Shown: one piece after another, positions 8,464 through 17,567 of the stretch
Layout: the number at the start of each line of letters is the position of its first letter
Position numbering within the stretch: position 1 is the stretch's first letter
Source of the DNA: an uncultured Desulfobacteraceae bacterium
GTDB lineage: Bacteria; Desulfobacterota; DSM-4660; Desulfatiglandales; HGW-15
Length of the DNA: 64,000 nt
Direction: 5' to 3'
Assembly (NCBI GenBank): GCA_964520425.1
Contig: CAZFMX010000004.1
Location: 7,526 to 71,525 of the forward strand
Position numbers and translations under genes: made by a program
The notes under the pieces: model-generated
What the model saw: only the letters and a program-made list of their open reading frames with translations
The model's database searches: none
Told to the model about the DNA's origin: nothing

Positions 8464-11400
8464 CTACATGCTCGTTCCTTCGGCCAGTGTATCTATCATG
8501 GCCAATATTTGCCCGTCTTTGAAGTTATTGACCTGAAATGCCTTGGCCGGACAGACACCCGCACAGATTCCACATCCCATGCATTTGACCTCGTTGTGGC
8601 TTACCTTGCCCTCTTCGTCGATATAGGGTGAATCAAAGGGACAAACTCTGAAGCATGTGAGACAGGACATGCAGATATCCCGGTTGTGCTTGGAAATAAT
8701 CCCGGATACGGCCAGTTTGTCCTGAGACAGGATGACACCGGCGCGACCGGCAGCGGCTAGGGCCTGGGAAATAGTTTCATCCAGATTCTTGGGGGCATGG
8801 GCCAGTCCGCACAGGAAGATACCCTCGGACGGAAAGTCTACGGGACGAAGTTTGACGTGGGCCTCCAGCAGGTAGCCCTCCGGATTGCGCGTCAGTTTGT
8901 AAATCTTGGCGACCTCTTCTGTCGTTGGGTGCGGTCTGAGGCCCGTGGAAAGCACCAGCCAGTCCGCTTCAAACTCGACTTCTCGGCCGAGCATATCATC
9001 GAAGGTCTTGACCCGAAGATTGTCTTCTGAAACCTCCACCTGAGGTTTCCTTTCCGGGATATAGTTTACAAAGATCACGCCCAAATCGCGCGCCTTAAAG
9101 TAGTAGTCTTCCCTGAGCCCGTATGTCCTGATGTCACGATAGAGGATGATGACCTGTGTATCAGGCGAGTGTTCTTTGATGGCGATAGCGTTCTTTATAG
9201 CGTCCTGACAGCAAATACGGGAGCAGTAATTATCAGGCTCCTCTCTGGAACCCACACACTGGATCATGACATATTTTTCGCCCGCTTGAACGCCATGATT
9301 GGCTGCAAGCCTCTTCTCCAGCATTCGCTGGGTGATCACCCTGTCGTTCTCCCCGTAAAGGTATTCCTTGGACTCATATTCGGTACCGCCAATGGCCACG
9401 ATAATAGCCCCATGCTCGAACGATGTTCCGTCAGTCAGGGTTGTCTTGAAGTTGCCCACAAAACCATCAGTGGATTTGACCTCAAGCCCCGTGTGAATGG
9501 TGATGCGCGGGTGGGCCTGGATCTCTTCGATTTTGGTCTTTAAAAAACCCTGCACATCGCTTTTATCCAGTGTATGAAAAAGATTGCGAGCCAGACCGCC
9601 CAGGTCAATCTCCTTTTCCACCAGGTGGACATCAAAACCCTGATCACCCAGTGAAAGGGCCGCGGTGATGCCGGCTACTCCGCCGCCAATGACCATGGCC
9701 CCGGGAATCACGCCCACCGAGTCGGTGGTGACCGGCTCCAGCAGCCTGACCTTGGCTATATTCATTTTAACAATGCTGATGGCCTTTTCTGTGGCATCTT
9801 CATTCTGTCCCATGTGACACCAGGAGCATTGCTCGCGGATATCGGCAAGCTCGAACAAATACTTGTTCAGTCCGGCTTCACGGATAGTGTCCTGGAACAG
9901 GGGCTCGTGGGTTCTTGGTGTGCAAGAAGCCACCAAGACCCTGTTCAAATTTTTCTCCTTGACGATCTCCTTTATTCGCTCTTGTGTGTTCTGTGCGCAG
10001 GCGTACATTGTATTTTCAGCATGTATAACGCCCTGTTCACCTTTCACAGATTCGACCACCTTTTCCACATCTACGGTCTGGCTGATATTGATTCCGCAGT
10101 GACAGACGAATACCCCGATTCTGGGCTCTTCTTTGGTGATGTCTGTTTCCGGCGGGAGTTCTCTGGTCACCGTCTCTGTGCCCCTGGCCTCACCCAGCAA
10201 AGCCATAGCCTCTCCCGCTACAGCGCTTCCCTGCATCACGGTCTCGGGTATGTCCTTGGGGGATTGGAATATACCCGTGACAAACACACCATCTTGAGAG
10301 GTATTAACCGGCTGAAATTGGGTTGTTCTGGGAAAGCGGTGGTCATTGAGCGCAATATCAAAGGTCTTGGCCAAATCATCCACGTCCGAGTGGGGCTGAA
10401 AGCCGATGGAGAGGACGACCATGTCAAAGGTTTCGTCCACCAGGGTTCCATCCTCTTTAGCATAGCGCAGCACCAGGTTACCTGTTCCGGGTTCTTCCCT
10501 TATTGCCGAGATCATGGCCCGTTGATACCGGACGCTGTAGTCGTTCTTGGCACGATCCACATACTTGTCAAAGTCCTTTCCAAAGGCTCTCAGCTCCATA
10601 AAGAAAATGGTGGGATGAATTCGGCTATCATGTTCGGTGGCAATAATGGCCTGCTTGGTGGCATACATACAACAGACCGAAGAACACCAGGGATTGGCAT
10701 TGTGTCGGTCCCGGGATCCTACACATTGAATCCACGCGATTTTTTCAGGATGCTTTCCGTCGCTGGGGCGCTTGACCGTTCCCTGGTACGGGCCGGACGC
10801 GGAAAGGATGCGCTCAAACTGAATGGACGACACCACGTTGGGCCAACGGCCAAACCCCAGTTCCTGTCGGACGCCGGCGTCATAGCGGGCGAGACCTGGG
10901 GACAGAATAATGGACCCCACATTGATTTCCATGGTCTCGGGTTGCTGCGCGTGGGTCTCCAGTGTTACCGCTCCAGGAAGACAGGCCTCCACGCACTGAA
11001 AACACTCGCAGCAATATGAACAATTCAAACACCGATGGGCCTCTGTCTGACCGGTCTCTATATCCAGACCCAGCTCCACTTCCTTGAAGTTTCCTTCTCG
11101 CTTTTCAACAGGCAACTCCGGCATTTTGGCTCGATCCTTCTTGTGTTGGCCTTTTGGAATAGGACGGTAGACCGGATCCTCTTTGGTGATGGGTTCCCGT
11201 CCCTCGGCCATGTCCCGTCCGTCCAAATAACGGACAATGGATTCGGCTGCCTCCCGGCCTGAGGCAACGGCACCAATGGCCACCCATGGACCGGTCTGCA
11301 CATCTCCACCCGCAAAAACACCGTCGCAGTTGGTGGCATAGGTGATGGAATCCGTTTCAACCGTACCCCACCGAGAGAATTCCAGACCGGATATCTCTTC

Positions 11401-12912
11401 CAGGGCGGAAAGATCAGGTGTTTGACCGATGGCCGGAATGACCTGGTCGAGTTCCATATCAAATTCACTCCCAGGTATGGGGACCGGCCTTCTTCTACCC
11501 GACGAGTCGGGCTCCCCAAGTTCCATGCGAATACACCGCAGACCAATCACCCTGTCGTCCTGGAGGAGGACTTCCTGGGGGGCTGAGAGAAAGGAGATCT
11601 TCACCCCTTCCTCCTCTGCGGCCTCGACTTCTTCCTCCCAGGCCGGCATCTCCGCGCGAGTCCTTCGGTAGATGATAGTGACTTCTTCGGCCCCTAGCCG
11701 GACTGCGGAGCGGGACGCGTCGATGGCCACATTACCGCCGCCGACGATAGCCACTCTTCTTCCCACAGCCGCCTTACCCTTAAGGTTCAGTTCTCTAAGA
11801 AAATCCACACCCTGTCGTACACCCTCAGCCTCATCACCGGGGATACCCATCTCAATCCCTCTATGGGCCCCAGTAGCCAGATATATGGCCTTGTAGCCTT
11901 GATTCAATAGGGTTTTGACCGTCAAATTCGGGCCCAGGGGCGTGTCGGTCCTGATCTCCACACCCAGGTTGGTGATGACCTCGATCTCCCGATCCAGAAT
12001 GTCTCGAGGAAGACGATGCTCAGGGATGCCCACCCGCAGCATGCCGCCGGCTTTGGGCAGGGCCTCAAAAATCGTGGATAAGACCCCTTTCCGTGCTAGA
12101 TGATAGGCCGCGGAAAGCCCCGCAGGGCCCGAGCCGATGATAGCCACCTTCTCCTCCCTTGGAGGGAGACATTCAATCTCTATTTCCCGGGGATCAAACT
12201 GGTCGGCTGCAAGGCGTTTCAGGTCCCGAATGGCTATCGGATCATCCACATCACACCGACGGCAGGCATCTTCACATCCATGGGGACAGATTCTGCCGAG
12301 CACACCGGGCAGGGGGAGATCTTGCATAATGATTTTCAGGGCCTCTTTGTATTTCCCCTGTCCCACCATCTGTACATACCCCTGTACATTCAATCCCGCG
12401 GGGCAGGCCAAACGGCAGGGGGCTTTGTCCATCTTTCGGATGGCATAGGCGCTCGGAATGGCTTGGGCATATTCTTTGTAGGTTGCTCTTCTGGTGGAAA
12501 GACCTTGCTCGTATTCATTGGGGAGTTCTACAGGGCAGACCCTCGCACAATCGCCACAGGCCGTACACTTTGCCTCATCAATGTAACGAGGATTCTTGCG
12601 GATGGTGACTCTGAAATTCCCTTTGGGACCCTCAACCTTCTCCACTTCTGCGCAGGTGATCAGGTCTATATTGAGATGCCGGCCGACCTCCACCATCTTG
12701 GGTGAGATCATACACATGGCACAGTCGCCAGTGGGAAAGGTCTTATCCAACATGGCCATGGTCCCGCCTATGCTTGAATCTTTCTGGACTATATGTACCT
12801 TGAAGCCGGCTTCAGCAAGGTCGAACGCGGACTGCATGCCACCCACACCGCCGCCTACGATCAGGACCGATCCTTTTACTCTATTACCATTTGAGGAGGC
12901 ACTATCACTCAT
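8464..12912 (-). CDS. hdrA: Giant HdrA-like flavoprotein: HdrA module + inserted GltD/NfnB-like NAD(P)H module + second HdrA module + ferredoxin domains (1482 aa)
   Basis: Motifs in order are VLIVGGGVGGMQ; DCAMCMISPKM; GltD-type [22 protein letters not shown]; [13 protein letters not shown] and [15 protein letters not shown]; CVGSRD...CSSVCCMYATKQA; a second MVIGGGVAGITAAL and CVGSREEPDNYCSRICCQDA; and the C-terminal CMSCLTCFRVCP/CMGCGICAGVCP. Confidence 0.9.
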   Translation of the reverse strand: MSDSASSNGNRVKGSVLIVGGGVGGMQSAFDLAEAGFKVHIVQKDSSIGGTMAMLDKTFPTGDCAMCMISPKMVEVGRHLNIDLITCAEVEKVEGPKGNFRVTIRKNPRYIDEAKCTACGDCARVCPVELPNEYEQGLSTRRATYKEYAQAIPSAYAIRKMDKAPCRLACPAGLNVQGYVQMVGQGKYKEALKIIMQDLPLPGVLGRICPHGCEDACRRCDVDDPIAIRDLKRLAADQFDPREIEIECLPPREEKVAIIGSGPAGLSAAYHLARKGVLSTIFEALPKAGGMLRVGIPEHRLPRDILDREIEVITNLGVEIRTDTPLGPNLTVKTLLNQGYKAIYLATGAHRGIEMGIPGDEAEGVRQGVDFLRELNLKGKAAVGRRVAIVGGGNVAIDASRSAVRLGAEEVTIIYRRTRAEMPAWEEEVEAAEEEGVKISFLSAPQEVLLQDDRVIGLRCIRMELGEPDSSGRRRPVPIPGSEFDMELDQVIPAIGQTPDLSALEEISGLEFSRWGTVETDSITYATNCDGVFAGGDVQTGPWVAIGAVASGREAAESIVRYLDGRDMAEGREPITKEDPVYRPIPKGQHKKDRAKMPELPVEKREGNFKEVELGLDIETGQTEAHRCLNCSYCCECFQCVEACLPGAVTLETHAQQPETMEINVGSIILSPGLARYDAGVRQELGFGRWPNVVSSIQFERILSASGPYQGTVKRPSDGKHPEKIAWIQCVGSRDRHNANPWCSSVCCMYATKQAIIATEHDSRIHPTIFFMELRAFGKDFDKYVDRAKNDYSVRYQRAMISAIREEPGTGNLVLRYAKEDGTLVDETFDMVVLSIGFQPHSDVDDLAKTFDIALNDHRFPRTTQFQPVNTSQDGVFVTGIFQSPKDIPETVMQGSAVAGEAMALLGEARGTETVTRELPPETDITKEEPRIGVFVCHCGINISQTVDVEKVVESVKGEQGVIHAENTMYACAQNTQERIKEIVKEKNLNRVLVASCTPRTHEPLFQDTIREAGLNKYLFELADIREQCSWCHMGQNEDATEKAISIVKMNIAKVRLLEPVTTDSVGVIPGAMVIGGGVAGITAALSLGDQGFDVHLVEKEIDLGGLARNLFHTLDKSDVQGFLKTKIEEIQAHPRITIHTGLEVKSTDGFVGNFKTTLTDGTSFEHGAIIVAIGGTEYESKEYLYGENDRVITQRMLEKRLAANHGVQAGEKYVMIQCVGSREEPDNYCSRICCQDAIKNAIAIKEHSPDTQVIILYRDIRTYGLREDYYFKARDLGVIFVNYIPERKPQVEVSEDNLRVKTFDDMLGREVEFEADWLVLSTGLRPHPTTEEVAKIYKLTRNPEGYLLEAHVKLRPVDFPSEGIFLCGLAHAPKNLDETISQALAAAGRAGVILSQDKLAVSGIISKHNRDICMSCLTCFRVCPFDSPYIDEEGKVSHNEVKCMGCGICAGVCPAKAFQVNNFKDGQILAMIDTLAEGTSM
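11397..12381. repeat. Copy 2 of the >=985-bp perfectly identical segment (inside hdrA, GltD-like insertion)
   Basis: See 1..985. It covers about aa 178-506 of the 1482-aa protein. Confidence 0.9.
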
Positions 12913-13784
12913 ATCAAGTTCAACTCCTTCAAGAGGCCGATTGCATCCACAAAATGCCTGTCGATTTGCAGCTCTTCAGGGGATTTGTCCATGGCCACTC
13001 CAATAAGCTCGGTAATGAAGTAGACAGGCATGCTCTGGCCAATGTCATATTTTTGCTTCATCTGTTCCTGGTATGCATCGAGGTTGAGCTGGCACATTGG
13101 GCAGGTAGTGACAAAACAGTTGGCTCCTCTCGCAATGGCGTCCTTAAAAATCTTCGACATGAGCAGGAGCGCGGTATCGGTGTCGTTAACGGTCGCGGAT
13201 GCCCCACAGCAGTCGGTTTTGTAGCTCCAGTCCAAGGGCTTGGCACCGAGGGTTTTGAGAACGATCTCCATCCCCTGTGGATTTTCTACATCGTCGGGCA
13301 CGGGCACATCATATGGGAACCTGGTTTGAAGACATCCGTAGTAACATGCGGGTTCCAGACCCTCGAGTTGCTTGACCGCCTTTTCGGCAAGTTCGCCGGA
13401 CTCGGCCTTCGGTATCAATACCTCAAGAATACTCATAATCCTAATGTTGCTCTTTACTTTTTTGGACAACTCCGCGTTGATTTCGTCCCTTAGTCTATTG
13501 TTAGACGCAAGTCTGTGTTGTGCGACCAGCATCCGGCTATAGCAGGCCGAGCAGGGGATCACCAACTCAGAGAGCCCACAGTCGTCCGCAATACCCAGGT
13601 TGCGTGCGGGCATGGCAACCGACAGGAAGTCGTCGGTCTTGCTGGCAGATGTGGCACCACAGCAATTCCAGTCTTCGAGCTCGTTCAGGTTGATTCCCAT
13701 CTCCCCTAGCACCAACTTGGTCTGTGTGTCATAGAGCTGACTCGATGCGTGTAATGTGCATCCAGGGTAATAGGCAATTTCCAT
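12909..13784 (-). CDS. hdrB: Heterodisulfide reductase subunit B-like (CCG-domain protein)
   Basis: It has two CCG-type motifs (WNCCGATSA; DCCGASATV...CPMCQLNLD). Its stop overlaps the hdrA start by 4 nt. Confidence 0.85.
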   Translation of the reverse strand: MEIAYYPGCTLHASSQLYDTQTKLVLGEMGINLNELEDWNCCGATSASKTDDFLSVAMPARNLGIADDCGLSELVIPCSACYSRMLVAQHRLASNNRLRDEINAELSKKVKSNIRIMSILEVLIPKAESGELAEKAVKQLEGLEPACYYGCLQTRFPYDVPVPDDVENPQGMEIVLKTLGAKPLDWSYKTDCCGASATVNDTDTALLLMSKIFKDAIARGANCFVTTCPMCQLNLDAYQEQMKQKYDIGQSMPVYFITELIGVAMDKSPEELQIDRHFVDAIGLLKELNLI

Positions 13785-14425
13785 TATGTCCCCCTGCTCA
13801 TGTCAGACTCTGTCAGCGGCCCGTTTTTTTTTGCCTTCTTGAGAAGGCGTTTGAGATCTGAAAGGTGTTTGATCTTTTGGATCCCGAAGTGCATGCGTTT
13901 TTTCTTGGTCATACGCAGGCCGAGTTTCGCCTGGAGCATGGTCTCTTTGTATATCTCTTTGAACTTGAAGCGCATGAGGTTGCGGAAGGTGTCCTTCATT
14001 TCATAGAGGCCCATAAATTCGATTTCATTGAGCCTTCCCAAGTGGTTGGCCGCGGTACAGAAGGATTTATGGAAGGCTGCGACTTTTGGAAGGAGTGGAT
14101 CCAGATGCTCCTCTTTGGACATATGTTTGAGGGTCTCGGTGATCTTTGCGGTTTGTATTTCGTTTGGGCAGCGGGTGCCGCATGTATAGCACGACACACA
14201 CTTCCAGACCAGCTTGTTACTGAGGGCCTGTTCCCGGTCGCCGAGCAGTATCATTCGAATCAAACGATCAGGCGTGACATAGCCGGTCTCTTCTCCCACA
14301 GGACATCCTGCAGCACATCGTCGGCACTGATAACAGGCGGTAATGTTCTGCTCTGACCGCGCCATTACCTCATGCACCAGTGCTTGCTTGCTTTCGTGTT
14401 CAAATTTTAAGGCAGGAAGTGCCAT
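13784..14425 (-). CDS. hdrC: Heterodisulfide reductase subunit C-like (2x[4Fe-4S])
   Basis: It has the motifs CYQCRRCAAGCP and CVSCYTCGTRCP. It overlaps the hdrB start by 1 nt. Confidence 0.85.
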   Translation of the reverse strand: MALPALKFEHESKQALVHEVMARSEQNITACYQCRRCAAGCPVGEETGYVTPDRLIRMILLGDREQALSNKLVWKCVSCYTCGTRCPNEIQTAKITETLKHMSKEEHLDPLLPKVAAFHKSFCTAANHLGRLNEIEFMGLYEMKDTFRNLMRFKFKEIYKETMLQAKLGLRMTKKKRMHFGIQKIKHLSDLKRLLKKAKKNGPLTESDMSRGT

Positions 14426-14512
14426 TTCAGTACTCCTTGGTCACACTTTAAGGTTCTCCAAATCCGATTTACAAAATCTTTCACGATCGCCCCTTTTCTT
14501 ACATTTCGATCC

Positions 14513-14530
14513 ATGAGATACCTATCTCAT
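14513..14530. promoter_or_regulatory. Perfect 8-2-8 palindrome, candidate operator in the divergent hdrC / membrane-Hdr intergenic region
   Basis: The sequence is ATGAGATA-CC-TATCTCAT, about 88 nt upstream of the hdrC start codon. Confidence 0.35.
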
Positions 14531-14827
14531 ATTCGATTTATGTATATTTCAGGATGTAGTGGGTTATGGATCCGAAGAGGGGCTATTTCTAGCTCGATCT
14601 GGGGATTTCCATCAACCTGAAAGGTGGCGGAGTCCAGATTTTGTGAAATATTTAACATGCCATTTCAGAGGCCGTGTGTCAAGGGGAAAGTTCTTTTGGG
14701 GATGATCTGAACCAGGTTACTAGGTTGTTAGATAACATTTCGGAATTCCACATCATATTCAATATTGGGCTCAGCCAGAAGGAGCTCAGCAGTTTTTTCT
14801 GGGGCGAGATTTTGTTGTTGACCTCCT

Positions 14828-16639
14828 GTGTTACCGTCTGGTACAAAAGTCAACCAAATCCTCCAGCTTGCAGAGATGAGGCCCATTATGTTCTTTAGCA
14901 TCAGCCTGTATATTGCTCTGGGTATTTTTGTCCTTGGCCTTTTATGGAGAATCTCCACCTGGTTCCGTTATAGTGTCGGACCCGGAGCCCGGGAGATAAA
15001 GGCATCACAAAGGCTTTTTGCGGCCATTAAGGGAAGTATTCTTACCATATTAAGCCCAAAGATCCTGATTCTTCTGAAAGTCTTTGTCTTAGATGTCCTC
15101 GTCCAAAGAAGGGTATTTGTGGAGAGTCCTCTCCGGTGGGCCATGCATATGTGCATATATGGCGGATTCATGCTTTTACTCCTCATGCATGCCCTTGAAA
15201 AATTTATTACCCTCACACTGTTTCCGGACTATACTTCTACACTCAATCCTTTTCTCTTTCTGAGGACTCTCTTTGGTCTAATCGTCCTGATTGGATTGGG
15301 ACTCTCTTTCTACCGACGTCACATCCTAAAGATACCTCGTCTCATCAGTAATGCTATGGATCATTACATGGTGACCATCCTGGCTATCATCATGGTCTCC
15401 GGTTTTTTGCTGGAGGGGACGAAGATTGTATCTCACAACAAATATCAGGAGATGGTGGAAGACTGGTCAGACGTGGACGATGAAGAATCGTTTGAGGCCT
15501 TGGAAAGTTATTGGGTGGAAAAGTTCGGTGTTGTTTCACCTGATTTAAAGGGGCCCTTTGATGCGGAAACCCTTGCCCTGGGCAAAGAACTGCATGAGAT
15601 GAATTGTGAGGCCTGTCATTCCAGACCTCAGTGGGCGTTCATAAGCTATGGTGTTGCGAAGATCGTTTCGCCTCTCGCCGTTTCACTGGACAAGGCCGGT
15701 GTTCATACGATTCTGTGGTACCTGCATTTTCTGGCCTGTTTCGTAGGCCTGGGTTATCTTCCTTTCAGCAGGATGTTTCATATTTTTGCCGGTCCCTTGA
15801 GTCTGCTTACAAACGCTGTAATGGACAGAGAAAAATCAGACCCCGCCAATATAGCCACGAGGCAGGTGATGGAAATGGATGCCTGCACGCACTGTGGGAC
15901 ATGCAGTTTGCAGTGTTCTGTGGGTGTCCTATTCGAACAGATGCAGAACGTAAACATCCTTCCTTCTGAAAAAATGGCATCCGTAAAAAGGTTCACGGCA
16001 AATAGGATAGCCAAAGAAGTGGACATAAAACGTATTCAGGAGGGACTCTATCTGTGTACCAATTGTTACAACTGCACCCTGGTCTGCCCGGTTGGCATCA
16101 ATCTCCAAGATCTGTGGTTCAACTTGAGAGAGACCTTTATTCAGGATGGTCATCCCGAGGTGTTCACCCTTTCTACACTCTCATTCTATCGCGGGTTGAG
16201 GAAAGATGAGTTGAATGATAAGGATTACGAAAAACCATTGCAGCAGGCCAACCAAGCCCTGGCTGAGAAGTACGTTTTATTCGATTCGCAGGATTCACCT
16301 ATAGATCTTGGATCTCTGGGTAAGAGTTTTGAGAAGGATCTGAGAGCATCAGCTCAAGGAAGTACCTTTTCCTTTTGTTTTACGTGTACAACCTGTACGA
16401 GTGCCTGTCCCGTGGCATGTAATTACGATAACCCCCCGGATACCCTCGGGCTAACCCCTCACCAAATCATGCGTGCCGCTGCCATTGGGCTCCCTGATCT
16501 TATTTATCGCTCAAAAATGCTTTGGACCTGCCTCGGTTGTTATCAGTGCCAGGATGCCTGTCCTCAAGGGGTTCATGTCACGGATATCCTTTATGCATTG
16601 AAGAATATGGCCATAAGGCGTGTAAAAGAGAAGACGTAA
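14828..16639 (+). CDS. Membrane NarI/DsrM/HdrE-like cytochrome b fused to a four-cluster ferredoxin domain (DsrK/HdrD N-terminal-like)
   Basis: It has about 5-6 hydrophobic helices with His pairs (WAMHMCIYGGFMLLLLMHAL, ILWYLHFLACF). These are followed by CTHCGTCSLQCSVG, CTNCYNCTLVCPVG, CFTCTTCTSACPVA and CLGCYQCQDACPQG. The true start may be ATG 14876 (MRPIMFF...). Confidence 0.75.
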   Translation: MLPSGTKVNQILQLAEMRPIMFFSISLYIALGIFVLGLLWRISTWFRYSVGPGAREIKASQRLFAAIKGSILTILSPKILILLKVFVLDVLVQRRVFVESPLRWAMHMCIYGGFMLLLLMHALEKFITLTLFPDYTSTLNPFLFLRTLFGLIVLIGLGLSFYRRHILKIPRLISNAMDHYMVTILAIIMVSGFLLEGTKIVSHNKYQEMVEDWSDVDDEESFEALESYWVEKFGVVSPDLKGPFDAETLALGKELHEMNCEACHSRPQWAFISYGVAKIVSPLAVSLDKAGVHTILWYLHFLACFVGLGYLPFSRMFHIFAGPLSLLTNAVMDREKSDPANIATRQVMEMDACTHCGTCSLQCSVGVLFEQMQNVNILPSEKMASVKRFTANRIAKEVDIKRIQEGLYLCTNCYNCTLVCPVGINLQDLWFNLRETFIQDGHPEVFTLSTLSFYRGLRKDELNDKDYEKPLQQANQALAEKYVLFDSQDSPIDLGSLGKSFEKDLRASAQGSTFSFCFTCTTCTSACPVACNYDNPPDTLGLTPHQIMRAAAIGLPDLIYRSKMLWTCLGCYQCQDACPQGVHVTDILYALKNMAIRRVKEKT

Positions 16640-16664
16640 GGCCTTCTAACCGGAGATTAGTATC

Positions 16665-17567
16665 ATGGATTTTGCCATACAACGCTGCTGCGTAACACCT
16701 ATGTATCTGAAATCATACAACAGCTCAACGGATGCAGTCCTAAGGACACTTGATATAGGATTCGTGGACATCAAGGAATTCAACTGCTGCGGGTACCCTT
16801 TGAAGGATATTGACCTAAATGCCTACGTCCTCGCTTCGGCAAGAAATTTGTGTCTGGCTGAAAAGAGCAACCTAAATGTCATGACATTCTGCAACTGCTG
16901 TTACGAGAGCCTGAAAGAGGCGAAACATCTCTTGAGAGAGGATGAGTCCATAAAGAGGGACATAAATGAGAAATTGATGAAGGAAGACCTGGAATATAGC
17001 GGTTCCACGAAAGTGAGGCATCTGCTGGAGGTACTTTACACTGATGTGGGTTTAGAGGCCTTAAAAGAAAAAGTGGCCATGTCCTTTAAAGGCTTGAAGA
17101 TCGCAGTACATTATGGCTGCCATATTCTGCGTCCAAGGCAACTGGTTCAGTTCGATGATCCTGGAACGGCTAAGGTGTTTGATCAGCTGGTTGAGATTAC
17201 AGGAGCAGAGATTGTTCCATGGGAAGCCCAGCTCGACTGCTGCGGGGCCCCCGCGTGGGGAATAGATGATGATCTTTCCATGGATCTGACTCAAAAAAAG
17301 ACCAGGGATGCCCATCAGTCCGGCGCCGATTTTATCTGTGTTGCCTGTGCCTATTGTCAGCTTCAGTTCGATAGAGTTCAGAAGATGCTTCTTTCCAAGA
17401 GAGGGGAGGACAAGGGCCTCCCTTCAATCCTTCTTACACAGCTCCTTGGTCTGAGTTTAGGTGTTGATTCAAAGACCCTTGGAATTGACCAAAACGAACT
17501 GGATGCGATGGGAATTACACATTTTCTATCCTCCGAAGAATCCTCCACGCCATTAGAAGTTGCTTAA
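16665..17567 (+). CDS. HdrB/HdrD C-terminal-like CCG-domain protein
   Basis: It has the CCG motifs FNCCGYPL and LDCCGAPAWG...CAYCQLQFD. It lies 25 nt after the membrane Fe-S protein. Confidence 0.8.
   Translation: MDFAIQRCCVTPMYLKSYNSSTDAVLRTLDIGFVDIKEFNCCGYPLKDIDLNAYVLASARNLCLAEKSNLNVMTFCNCCYESLKEAKHLLREDESIKRDINEKLMKEDLEYSGSTKVRHLLEVLYTDVGLEALKEKVAMSFKGLKIAVHYGCHILRPRQLVQFDDPGTAKVFDQLVEITGAEIVPWEAQLDCCGAPAWGIDDDLSMDLTQKKTRDAHQSGADFICVACAYCQLQFDRVQKMLLSKRGEDKGLPSILLTQLLGLSLGVDSKTLGIDQNELDAMGITHFLSSEESSTPLEVA

Noticed and set aside
1-12381. The duplicated 985-bp segment as evidence of a mobile element or a CRISPR-like repeat
   Set aside because: Both copies are in-frame parts of paralogous hdrA genes (the GltD-like domain). 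There are no terminal inverted repeats, no transposase and no spacer-repeat periodicity. Gene conversion or an assembly artefact are the sensible alternatives.
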